Below, one piece after another: positions 52,849 through 61,211 of a DNA stretch of 64,000 nt; position 1 is the first letter of the stretch, and each line of letters opens with the position of its first letter. The DNA lies in the IMG/VR virus record IMGVR_UViG_3300042197_002946, positions 86,337 to 150,336 of that record; one strand, 5' to 3'. The notes beneath the pieces were generated by a model that was given only the letters and a program-made list of their open reading frames with translations, was not told the origin of the DNA and ran no database searches. Position numbers and translations under genes: made by a program. The DNA comes from a virus.

Positions 52849-53136
52849 TTAATCTTTGTATGGAATCCAGTGTTTTCGCACAAAAACCATATTGATAAAA
52901 AACCCACAAAAGGCGCTCAAAACATTGCTGACTATTGGCTGAGTCGTATCCTGTAATGGGTTTAACCAAATACTTAACAACAGACTAATCCAGAAACTAG
53001 CACACTCATGGCACAACAAAGGAGTTCGGACGTATGCTATTTTAGCAATAAGGTTACGTAAGGGTCTACTTGCTTCGGTATCACCCCAAGCATAAGACAA
53101 TCCCAAAGAACAAAAAAGATAGATTAAAAAAATCAT
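52849..53136 (-). CDS. Small membrane protein with CxxC (DUF1360-like)
   Basis: Three hydrophobic segments; LLCHECASFW. Confidence 0.6.
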   Translation of the reverse strand: MIFLIYLFCSLGLSYAWGDTEASRPLRNLIAKIAYVRTPLLCHECASFWISLLLSIWLNPLQDTTQPIVSNVLSAFCGFFINMVFVRKHWIPYKD

Positions 53137-53375
53137 TATATAGGCTCGCAGGCAAAGCAGTACATAGTATTATCAGTCGGCGTAATGGTTGGAGTGCCCG
53201 CCGGAACCCCATATCCTGGAGAACAATAATTAGCTACAAATTCCCAAGAACTTCCACCACCACACGGACAACTACTTGGCCCATGATAAAAGTATTTGTA
53301 AATATTACTACTATTACAATCAGCTTTAGTAGTTAACATACTATAAATTGGACCATCACTATTATTATAAGTCAT
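53136..53375 (-). CDS. Cys-rich peptide A (79 aa, 6 Cys) with DGPIYSMLTTK leader motif
   Basis: Shared N-terminal motif; TAATG coupling to the CxxC membrane protein. Confidence 0.75.
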   Translation of the reverse strand: MTYNNSDGPIYSMLTTKADCNSSNIYKYFYHGPSSCPCGGGSSWEFVANYCSPGYGVPAGTPTITPTDNTMYCFACEPI

Positions 53376-53406
53376 AGGTGATATCTCTTTAGTTGGTGTC
53401 TAATAA

Positions 53407-53811
53407 CTATAAGAAATACACCACGACTCCATCATCTCGTTCTACAATGCTAAACATTCTAAACATCTTTCCTGGCAAAGTTGAGGCAAAATTCTGCCAA
53501 GATTCCTCACCTTTTGGAATAACAAACATTCGACCAGCATAATTATTGTTTTGTCTTTCTGCTTTAATTTTATCCATTTCTGTTTTTAAAGCATTAGGAT
53601 CCTTAACGTATTTATTCATTACTAAAGGATCTTTTTCTAGCTGTTCTGTAAAAAATTTGATTACTCGTCCTCGACATGTGCAGTTGGGATTATTTTTAAA
53701 TGTTACCAGATCAGCTAATATTGTTGAAAAATCATTTTGTAGTTGATTAAAAACACTGTCATCTTTAATAATAAAAGATAATGCGTCTCCTAATTGATCC
53801 ATAGAAATCAT
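53407..53811 (-). CDS. Hypothetical protein with an NPNCxC motif
   Basis: 134 aa with a GAGG RBS. Confidence 0.65.
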   Translation of the reverse strand: MISMDQLGDALSFIIKDDSVFNQLQNDFSTILADLVTFKNNPNCTCRGRVIKFFTEQLEKDPLVMNKYVKDPNALKTEMDKIKAERQNNNYAGRMFVIPKGEESWQNFASTLPGKMFRMFSIVERDDGVVVYFL

Positions 53812-53945
53812 AAATAAAATCCTCTTATAAGAATGTTAATGGTCACATCACCTAGAACTATTATATGTGTCTGTGTACCGAACACAAGCGGTATCTTTAA
53901 TTATGAGTTTCTGTATTAGTTCCGTTCTTAATTAAATGGTAAAAA

Positions 53946-54260
53946 TTAGCATGGAGCAGAAGGACAAGTCCCGTTACAGCACCCTGTGCGTATATTCGTT
54001 CCCCCCAGACCATAACAATAAGAACTATAATCCTCTTCTTCAGTCAAAAGGACATATGAATAGGTTTCTGGGGTACACGCAAAATATTTTCCGTCCTCGC
54101 GACTAAAATCTGCTCCAGTGTTTATGTACCCTGGCGGACAAGGATAATCAGCAAACCATTCAACTAAATATATAAAATTAGATGCGGAACTAGCAAGAAA
54201 AATATTAATTTTAGGCATTCCTGATTTTGAATAATTAACAACCACATACCACTGTTGCAT
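53946..54260 (-). CDS. Cys-rich peptide B (104 aa, 7 Cys), leaderless paralogue
   Basis: FADYPCPPGY...YFACTP matches FVANYCSPGY...YCFACEP of peptide A. Confidence 0.65.
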   Translation of the reverse strand: MQQWYVVVNYSKSGMPKINIFLASSASNFIYLVEWFADYPCPPGYINTGADFSREDGKYFACTPETYSYVLLTEEEDYSSYCYGLGGTNIRTGCCNGTCPSAPC

Positions 54261-54272
54261 TCCCCCCGCCCG

Positions 54273-54452
54273 CTATTGGGGGCAGGCGCAGCAATACTCT
54301 GCGGCAAGATGATCCATGGCCTCGCTGACCCAAAAATTATAGCACTGTTGGTACGACGCGAAGGCCTGCGGCGCATTCGGATCCGTTGGCCAGTAAGAGC
54401 AGGAATACTGGCACTTCGCATCCAAATTACTAAAAATTGGTTCATCACTCAT
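54273..54452 (-). CDS. Cys-rich peptide C (59 aa, 6 Cys), not in the ORF track: MSDEPIFSNLDAKCQYSCSYWPTDPNAPQAFASYQQCYNFWVSEAMDHLAAEYCCACPQ
   Basis: Translated by hand. GGAGG RBS 6 nt before the ATG; shares the DEPIFSxLxxK motif and the C-terminal YCxAC. Confidence 0.8.
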   Translation of the reverse strand: MSDEPIFSNLDAKCQYSCSYWPTDPNAPQAFASYQQCYNFWVSEAMDHLAAEYCCACPQ

Positions 54453-54476
54453 AAAATACCTCCATTATATGTACGT

Positions 54477-54517
54477 AATAATATTTACTAAATTTACCAA
54501 ATAATATTTTCACTAAA
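54477..54517. promoter_or_regulatory. Imperfect direct repeat in the divergent intergenic region, candidate operator
   Basis: AATAATATTTACTAAA (54477-54492) and AATAATATTTTCACTAAA (54500-54517). Confidence 0.4.
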
Positions 54518-54612
54518 CATTTATCCTAAACTCAGAATAAATAAAAATAATTTCTCAGTATAATCGTATAACAATGTCAGCAATTGAGACTGACTAACCC
54601 ACGGATGAAAAC

Positions 54613-54876
54613 ATGAAAACCATCACTTGTAAAGAACTGGCTAAGGGTCTTGGCTGCAACTACGTTATCGCCGCCGGAATCATGAACCTACTCGTCAAAA
54701 CAGGACAAGCAAAAGTCGTAGCCAAAGTTTTTCACGAAAGCGGACGCGGAAAGCCAACTAGAATCTATATGCTCCCCAAACAAGTCAAACTCAACATTCC
54801 CACCACTAAACCCAGCCCAGTCTATAAACTCGTAGGAAATAAACTCATCCAAGCAAAATACCGAAAAACAGCCTAA
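54613..54876 (+). CDS. Winged-helix DNA-binding protein
   Basis: TCKELAKGLG HTH, LVKTG, wing GRGKPTRIY; has its own terminator. Confidence 0.7.
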   Translation: MKTITCKELAKGLGCNYVIAAGIMNLLVKTGQAKVVAKVFHESGRGKPTRIYMLPKQVKLNIPTTKPSPVYKLVGNKLIQAKYRKTA

Positions 54877-54887
54877 ATAACCCAAAC

Positions 54888-54915
54888 CTCTCCCTATCTG
54901 TAGGGAGAGTTTTTT
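54888..54915 (+). terminator. Rho-independent terminator after the wHTH gene
   Basis: CTCTCCCTA-TCTG-TAGGGAGAG-TTTTTT, a perfect 9-bp stem. Confidence 0.85.
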
Positions 54916-55324
54916 ATACAGGAGTAAAAGTCAAACTTATACTCTGACTACCGCCGCCACAAGCAGAAATATTATTATTAGAACAGTCTGCTGAATAGCC
55001 CCATGTTTGCCAGCCACTTGAAGGAGGTGGAGAGTCTGGAGAACCAGAAACAAATGCTGCTGGGCCATATCCGCCCCAAAAAAACCATCCACTGATCAAA
55101 GGATAGATGCCACAATTACAAGGCCAATCTGTGAGATAAATAAAATAATAGTCTCCATAATCATTATCGCACCAACTCCCCCCAGGACAATAGCCATATG
55201 TATTATAAGTTAGATTGTTTGGATTGGTACTTTGAAGTTGATTCCAACCACTAGGAATCCCAGTCGCCACAAATCCATTAGGATATTTCCCACTCAAAAC
55301 GCTAAAAATTGGTTCGTTATTCAT
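54914..55324 (-). CDS. Cys-rich peptide D (136 aa, 6 Cys) with NEPIFSVLSGK leader motif
   Basis: Shared motif; G/S/W/Y-rich; start overlaps the end of the adenylating-enzyme gene by 8 nt. Confidence 0.75.
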   Translation of the reverse strand: MNNEPIFSVLSGKYPNGFVATGIPSGWNQLQSTNPNNLTYNTYGYCPGGSWCDNDYGDYYFIYLTDWPCNCGIYPLISGWFFWGGYGPAAFVSGSPDSPPPSSGWQTWGYSADCSNNNISACGGGSQSISLTFTPV

Positions 55325-56519
55325 AAAAATTTATCTTATAATCTTGTACAATATGTTGTAAAGTCTGTTTTTCATCATCACTCAGCTTGTCTTTTATATA
55401 GATATTGGCACTCAAATTTTCAAACTGAACTTGGTCAATTTTACCTTTATACTCTAATACACCTATTTGTTTTTTTATTTCAGTTAGTTTTGTTGGCCCT
55501 TTTAGCGCAAATGGGCGATTTGCTAACATTTTGAACGGTCTATAATATCTTCCACATTCACACAATTTATAGTTGTTTTCTATCTCACATAGATCTCCGT
55601 TCCAATAGTTGATAAATGGAGCGCTCATATTGAAATAGTCTGTACTAATCATTTTATTATCTGGTCCTTGAGTTACCCAGCTTAAATTATCTAATAAATG
55701 ATATGTATGATATTTACATGTAAAGAATGTTGCTCCTCCATCCCAACACCTCATGTGATCACAAACATAATTAGCATATCCTCCATCCAGCATAATCTGT
55801 CGATCAGACTGTCTCATAAACTCACCAGTTTGACTAAATAAATAGCCTATTTTCATTTGTATATTATGTTTAACTAAATAATGAGATAAAAAACTCATAA
55901 TAGGACCAGTGATCATAACAATATCAAACGGCACCAAATCCCGTATATGTAACAATAATTTTTCTATCCATTGACTAGGATTTTCCATGTAATCATCAAA
56001 TCTCACAAAATATCTGGTACTATCTATACTTTTATGAGTATGTAGAGTGTATGGAGATGGTTCTTTTTGTTCATATATAAAATCTACATGATGTGGGTTA
56101 TATGCTAATTTTTTTAATATCAGTATGCGAGGATTCTTTTTTGTAATACCAAATTCGTCTAAGATCATGCCATAATGACACTCATCCTCTAGGAAATCTA
56201 TATGAGGTCTATAAACACCATAACTGAACGGCTCCCCAGAAGAGCTACCACTTGTATGGAAAAGTTGATTGTCTCTTTTTAAAGACTCTACAAACCATAG
56301 CTCTTTTTTCAGATTAGTTCTACTATACATATTTTGTATACTACTATAAACAGGGCTATGGATAGTAGCATAATTTGTTATATTGTGTATTAATTTATTG
56401 GCTATCTGTTTAATAATATCTGGATGATAGAATAATACTTTATTACATATTGCATAATATTGTGGTATTAGGTCGGGGCCGGTGTTGGGTAAAGATAAAA
56501 ATTGAGTAATTTCATTCAT
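55317..56519 (-). CDS. Adenylate-forming enzyme, PaaK/CapK (phenylacetate-CoA ligase-like) family
   Basis: TSGSSSG P-loop; C..H.YH; STD..N...PFINY..GD...CECGR. Confidence 0.8.
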   Translation of the reverse strand: MNEITQFLSLPNTGPDLIPQYYAICNKVLFYHPDIIKQIANKLIHNITNYATIHSPVYSSIQNMYSRTNLKKELWFVESLKRDNQLFHTSGSSSGEPFSYGVYRPHIDFLEDECHYGMILDEFGITKKNPRILILKKLAYNPHHVDFIYEQKEPSPYTLHTHKSIDSTRYFVRFDDYMENPSQWIEKLLLHIRDLVPFDIVMITGPIMSFLSHYLVKHNIQMKIGYLFSQTGEFMRQSDRQIMLDGGYANYVCDHMRCWDGGATFFTCKYHTYHLLDNLSWVTQGPDNKMISTDYFNMSAPFINYWNGDLCEIENNYKLCECGRYYRPFKMLANRPFALKGPTKLTEIKKQIGVLEYKGKIDQVQFENLSANIYIKDKLSDDEKQTLQHIVQDYKINFYE

Positions 56520-57793
56520 AGAACATCTGTCAAGCTATAAGTTTCCCATACCTCTTCTGTATTATTAGATACGTTGGATACGATATTGATAGAGCTAATA
56601 AATAGTCCCAATTCTCTACGATCCAATGGGGCGTCCATGCTTTTAGAACATTCGATACTGATACAGTAAGGGTCGTTATAGCTTAGGGTTTGTTCGCCGG
56701 ACTCTGCTAATTGAGAAATATTTATCAACTGGTTATTAATAAAGATTTCTATATTGCCTATGTCTTGTTGTCTATGTAGAGCCAGCCTTATTTTTTTAAT
56801 ATTATAGCAGTATATTGTTGTGTTGGGGGAGGTCCATAGAACCGTGGCGCTGTCAGGCGTATATTTAGATGATAATACAATAATTGGCTTGTCCTGTTTG
56901 GATATAGAGAGTCTATCTATAAAGAATTGTTTAAGTTGTTGTTGAGTAGATTCTTCGATAGTGTCATATAAATGATCCGCGTTCTGTTCAAAGGATGCAT
57001 TGCTTAAATTAGTTAATAAAGAATATCTATCGGTATAATTTCTATCATTCCAATACCCATGAAATAAATGGGTAATTTGATGATTTGCGTCAAAAGCAAT
57101 GTATGGAGATGTTTGCTGTTTCAAAAACTGATAACCTTTCGAAATATAGTCTATCATATCAGGGATAGTATCCTTTGTTACAGCATTAAACATATTAAAC
57201 GGTATCCCATGCGTACCAATATAAAACGGAGCTATATTGATGACGTCTCCCCCTCCTACAAAACAGCGATCAAAAAACCCTCCAGTATGCTTGAGATATT
57301 CTCTTCTATAAGCAACCAACAAGCCAGGATTACCGCCAGTCATTGTTGAGCTTGTACTACATATATCCACCAATCCATGATCTATTAAATCTATACCAAG
57401 AGTATCTAATAATAAATATTCAATAGTAGAATAGGGTTGCACCGCTACATATGTTGATAGTAGATTACAGGTATCGCTATACCAATTATTATTATTGCAT
57501 ATAATATCATTATCCATAGCTATAATGCCATCGTAGCTTGAAGGGATATTATTTAATAAATAGTTTAATGCAGCTTCTTTATGCCATAGATAGCTGTTAT
57601 TGCGCACTATCCAGTGATTGAAGTTAGAGCCATCAATCATAGACGGCATATTATCTGGCAATACTTCACAAACAAACAAATGTTTTAACAGATTTCGTTG
57701 TCTGAGTGAATATATAAAATGTTGCCAGTTGTTTTGGAAATATGGACTATCTCCATGATTAAATAATGTAGTTATAATCGCAGATCTGTACAT
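56516..57793 (-). CDS. GT-A (GT2-like) glycosyltransferase with a C-terminal beta-sandwich
   Basis: KEAALN, IAMDNDII DxD motif, GGF.D...GGGD, C-terminal DRRELG. Confidence 0.6.
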   Translation of the reverse strand: MYRSAIITTLFNHGDSPYFQNNWQHFIYSLRQRNLLKHLFVCEVLPDNMPSMIDGSNFNHWIVRNNSYLWHKEAALNYLLNNIPSSYDGIIAMDNDIICNNNNWYSDTCNLLSTYVAVQPYSTIEYLLLDTLGIDLIDHGLVDICSTSSTMTGGNPGLLVAYRREYLKHTGGFFDRCFVGGGDVINIAPFYIGTHGIPFNMFNAVTKDTIPDMIDYISKGYQFLKQQTSPYIAFDANHQITHLFHGYWNDRNYTDRYSLLTNLSNASFEQNADHLYDTIEESTQQQLKQFFIDRLSISKQDKPIIVLSSKYTPDSATVLWTSPNTTIYCYNIKKIRLALHRQQDIGNIEIFINNQLINISQLAESGEQTLSYNDPYCISIECSKSMDAPLDRRELGLFISSINIVSNVSNNTEEVWETYSLTDVL

Positions 57794-57796
57794 ATA

Positions 57797-58804
57797 CTAA
57801 TATCTAACGCCTGGATAATAGGGTGGTTTTTGATGAAGAATGGCTGGGTCACACATTTGTTGTATTATTTTAGGATTAAAATCATTATATGTAGTATCAC
57901 TCCAATTAAAAATTAAGCTATTGTATAAATAATGTTTTTTAATATACGACCAAATAATATGATCGGTATCGGTTTTGGATTCGTTGAAATAGTTTTGTAT
58001 CGTCAATAATATAATGTAATCATATGGCAGATCTGAGCCATAATATTTAATATATCTCGGCCACAACTTTTCACATAATGACATAAACTTTTGAAATAGC
58101 ATATGGCCTGTAGCATATAAGGCGGTACCTCCATTAATATGCTGATTTCGCAAATCATCGTAAGGCTTATCGTTAGGACTGTCTGAATGAGAACCGCTAA
58201 TAAGGAAGCTCTGTGTGGAGACATATTGATGTAATCTTTCCATCCAATGTCTGGATAAAAGACAGTCACATTCTAGCAATAAAGACGTATTGTATTCTTT
58301 AATTTGTTTCATGGTCTCAAAAAATACAACGTTAGGACCGTATTTAGAACCATATTTTTCTATCATAGATAGACTTGTTTTTGTTTCTGTCTTGTCGTCA
58401 TAAATGTCGATCTCGTCAGGTATGTCGATAATTAGATAGTCTGCTGTTAAAAATTTATGATTAATACTGTCAGGTATTGTATACTTCTCTATATCTTTAG
58501 ATTTAATAACTAACTTGAAATGTATATTAGATGCTAGTTCGGTATCGGTAGTATCTTCTAGGTGCTGTAAAAATTTTAAGTAAATATCATTTATGTATTC
58601 TTGTCCAGTACATAATAAACAAATACAGTCCCACTGATTGCTAATAGGTTTTATATCATGAATATCTATATCGTATGAAATATCATCCGTGCTCCACTTT
58701 GAGAATCCGTGTAATTGTCTCCAATGAATAATGGCTGATTCGTCTATCAGATTTTCAGGACTATACTTTTCTAAAAATTGTTGTTTTAGTTTTTGTATTT
58801 CCAC
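57797..58804 (-). CDS. Putative GT-A-like protein
   Basis: LLLECDC (DxD-like), HING.ALY, PYD. GTG start. Confidence 0.45.
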   Translation of the reverse strand: MEIQKLKQQFLEKYSPENLIDESAIIHWRQLHGFSKWSTDDISYDIDIHDIKPISNQWDCICLLCTGQEYINDIYLKFLQHLEDTTDTELASNIHFKLVIKSKDIEKYTIPDSINHKFLTADYLIIDIPDEIDIYDDKTETKTSLSMIEKYGSKYGPNVVFFETMKQIKEYNTSLLLECDCLLSRHWMERLHQYVSTQSFLISGSHSDSPNDKPYDDLRNQHINGGTALYATGHMLFQKFMSLCEKLWPRYIKYYGSDLPYDYIILLTIQNYFNESKTDTDHIIWSYIKKHYLYNSLIFNWSDTTYNDFNPKIIQQMCDPAILHQKPPYYPGVRY

Positions 58805-58813
58805 ACTATATCT

Positions 58814-59053
58814 TTATATCAAATTAATATAATACCACTCTGTTACTTTGATATGTTTGGTTGCTCTAATTAGATCAATGGCCTCATCGTTGTCTTCGGT
58901 TATACTAGCTAATAGAAAATACGGCCAAGGTCTGTTGGGACCTAAAGATATGCTTTGTAACAGATACTCTTTTGCTGAATCTATATTGCCACTAAGAATA
59001 CATGCCTCTGCTTTTAGTCCTAGAGCAATCCATTCATTATTGGTATTATCCAT
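58814..59053 (-). CDS. Small TPR-like protein
   Basis: GNIDSAKEYL..SI.L.P....PYF.LA TPR pattern. Confidence 0.6.
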   Translation of the reverse strand: MDNTNNEWIALGLKAEACILSGNIDSAKEYLLQSISLGPNRPWPYFLLASITEDNDEAIDLIRATKHIKVTEWYYINLI

Positions 59054-61211
59054 TATTAAAAATTTCTATATTAGATATTTTAAGCTGTTTCATATTAGCC
59101 AGAAAAATTTGTCTATTAATTTGTTGATATTTTTTAGGTCCAACATTGATATCCGTACCAGACGTTGCTCCTTCGTGATGAATAGCCCAACATCTAGGAT
59201 CATAAATAGTTTTAAGACCATATGCATGAGATCTATATTGCCAATCACTATCCTCATAGTATAGTTTTTCTAGTTTTGTGCTAAAAACACCAATTTTATT
59301 TATTGCATCATGCCTCATATATAATAAACAACCAGAACAATAACCAACATATTTGATTTTGTTAAAGTCTATGTGCGTTGGGTCTTGATATCTACCAATA
59401 TTTCTGCCAGACCCATCAGCATACAATTCGGCTCCTGCTTCTGCCAATCTACCATCTGGATATATCGTTTTGCCTCCAGCAGCAGCAATATAGTCAGCAG
59501 AATATGCACTAGAATATAAATACGATAACCAATATTCATCTTCTATTTCAATATCGTCATTCACTAGTACAAAATCAGAATTCTTATATTTACGTTTTTT
59601 AAATAGTTTGTTGTTGGGTTTTATAAAATAATCATTTGTAGCATTTTTGCGATATATAATTTGACCAGTAGAGATATAGTTTGTATATTTAGATTGAATA
59701 TGTTTTTGGGTTTTATTATTTGTGCCATTATCAGAAATATAAATAGTATAATTAGGATACTTAGTAAGAGATAAAATTTGTTTTAAGCATATATCTAGCT
59801 TTTCTGTTTGGTTATATGTTACTATGCTAATTACGATATGCTGATCTTGAAGTGTGTGTTTTAAAATATTTACTGCTGCTGGTACCGATACTATCTTGGA
59901 TAAATGGTTTTGTCCCGATATGCCGAGAGACCTTTTCTCTTTTTTCGTTAGACTATAAAAATAAATTAGCTGATCAACAAATTCTGTGATAGTATTAGCT
60001 ATTAAAGCATTTGTTTTGTGAATAAAATTAATACCTTCATTGCCAATGTCCGATGTTAATATAGGCATACCACACATACCAGCATCACAAATTTTGCCCT
60101 TTATACCAGCTCCCCAGTTTAATGGACTAATCAACAAATTACTTTTTTGGTATAACGTTTCTATGTTTGGAATATATCCTAAATAATCTATATAATTTAA
60201 GTTTAAAATACGTTGTTGTATATCTGATGCTAGATGCGGACCTGCTATTAATAGCCTTGGTTTTTTACGTAGTTTTTTAAAGAGTTCTGTTTTTTGAAAT
60301 AAACTATGGATTTCTATACAAGATTGTACGGCATCAATATTAGGGCCATGATTAAAATTACCGATAAACATCATATGATCACCAAGCTTGATTTGTTTTT
60401 GTTCGTGAATATTACTCAGAATTTTAATATTGCCCCCATAGCCTATTTCTTGCTGAATATATTCTTTATCTTTTTCAGTAATGGCAAAGACCACATCTGA
60501 TTGATTATAAATATTTTTTTCGATATTTTTTCTAAAATCTAAAGACTCTTGAGGAATATTAAGCTGTCCTGAATCTTTACCTCTTTGTTCTCTTATCCAG
60601 TGAACATCGACGCTATCTGTAATAATTTTAATATCGGGATAAATAGATTTTACGATATGTATATATTGATGACCTATATCATACCAAGAAAAAATAGCGT
60701 TATCAAAATAAATATGATTTTGTTTTGCTTCTTTAAGATATTTGTCTAAATACTCTTGTTTGTCAATATTTGGTAAAAAGACGGATATCCCTAGACTTTT
60801 TAACATATCAATATATTGAATTTTATGTGTTCCATTACAAAGAAACCATATGTTATAACCTAAATCTAATTTGAGAATTTTAAGAATTTGCAGCAACCTA
60901 TTACCACCACTACTATGATCATAGTCTGGGGCCATTGGAGAAAAGTATAATAGGTTTTTCCCATTATTCCAGAATTCGGCCTTGGGTACTGCTTGGGGCT
61001 GGATGGTAGGCACAACTACTTTTTTGTAGAGGCGATTTTCTTTTCGTCCAAATAAGAGATAATGCTCTTTGGCTTTTTGTTCATTGTCTATGCCAGCTGC
61101 AATCAAGTCTGGATGTAATAAAATATATTCCATGGGATGAAAATCACTAGGAATTAAATATTCTAATTGCTTGACTATCTCTACAAAACGATTATCAGAT
61201 ATCCATTTCAT
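59046..61211 (-). CDS. Bifunctional GT4 + GT2 glycosyltransferase
   Basis: FIGNFNH.PN.D and PL..GAGIKGK (GT4); IVTYN, LVNDD, SGCLL, YYEDSDW (GT2). Confidence 0.88.
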   Translation of the reverse strand: MKWISDNRFVEIVKQLEYLIPSDFHPMEYILLHPDLIAAGIDNEQKAKEHYLLFGRKENRLYKKVVVPTIQPQAVPKAEFWNNGKNLLYFSPMAPDYDHSSGGNRLLQILKILKLDLGYNIWFLCNGTHKIQYIDMLKSLGISVFLPNIDKQEYLDKYLKEAKQNHIYFDNAIFSWYDIGHQYIHIVKSIYPDIKIITDSVDVHWIREQRGKDSGQLNIPQESLDFRKNIEKNIYNQSDVVFAITEKDKEYIQQEIGYGGNIKILSNIHEQKQIKLGDHMMFIGNFNHGPNIDAVQSCIEIHSLFQKTELFKKLRKKPRLLIAGPHLASDIQQRILNLNYIDYLGYIPNIETLYQKSNLLISPLNWGAGIKGKICDAGMCGMPILTSDIGNEGINFIHKTNALIANTITEFVDQLIYFYSLTKKEKRSLGISGQNHLSKIVSVPAAVNILKHTLQDQHIVISIVTYNQTEKLDICLKQILSLTKYPNYTIYISDNGTNNKTQKHIQSKYTNYISTGQIIYRKNATNDYFIKPNNKLFKKRKYKNSDFVLVNDDIEIEDEYWLSYLYSSAYSADYIAAAGGKTIYPDGRLAEAGAELYADGSGRNIGRYQDPTHIDFNKIKYVGYCSGCLLYMRHDAINKIGVFSTKLEKLYYEDSDWQYRSHAYGLKTIYDPRCWAIHHEGATSGTDINVGPKKYQQINRQIFLANMKQLKISNIEIFNNG

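Noticed and set aside
54164-54491. ORF-track entries 54164-54448 (-) and 54255-54491 (+)
   Set aside because: They are alternative frames over the 59-aa peptide gene, which has the GGAGG RBS and the family motif.
53136-55324. Diversity-generating retroelement or SCIFF/ranthipeptide locus as the explanation for the peptides
   Set aside because: No reverse transcriptase, no TR/VR pair with adenine-specific mismatches, and no radical SAM enzyme in the window.
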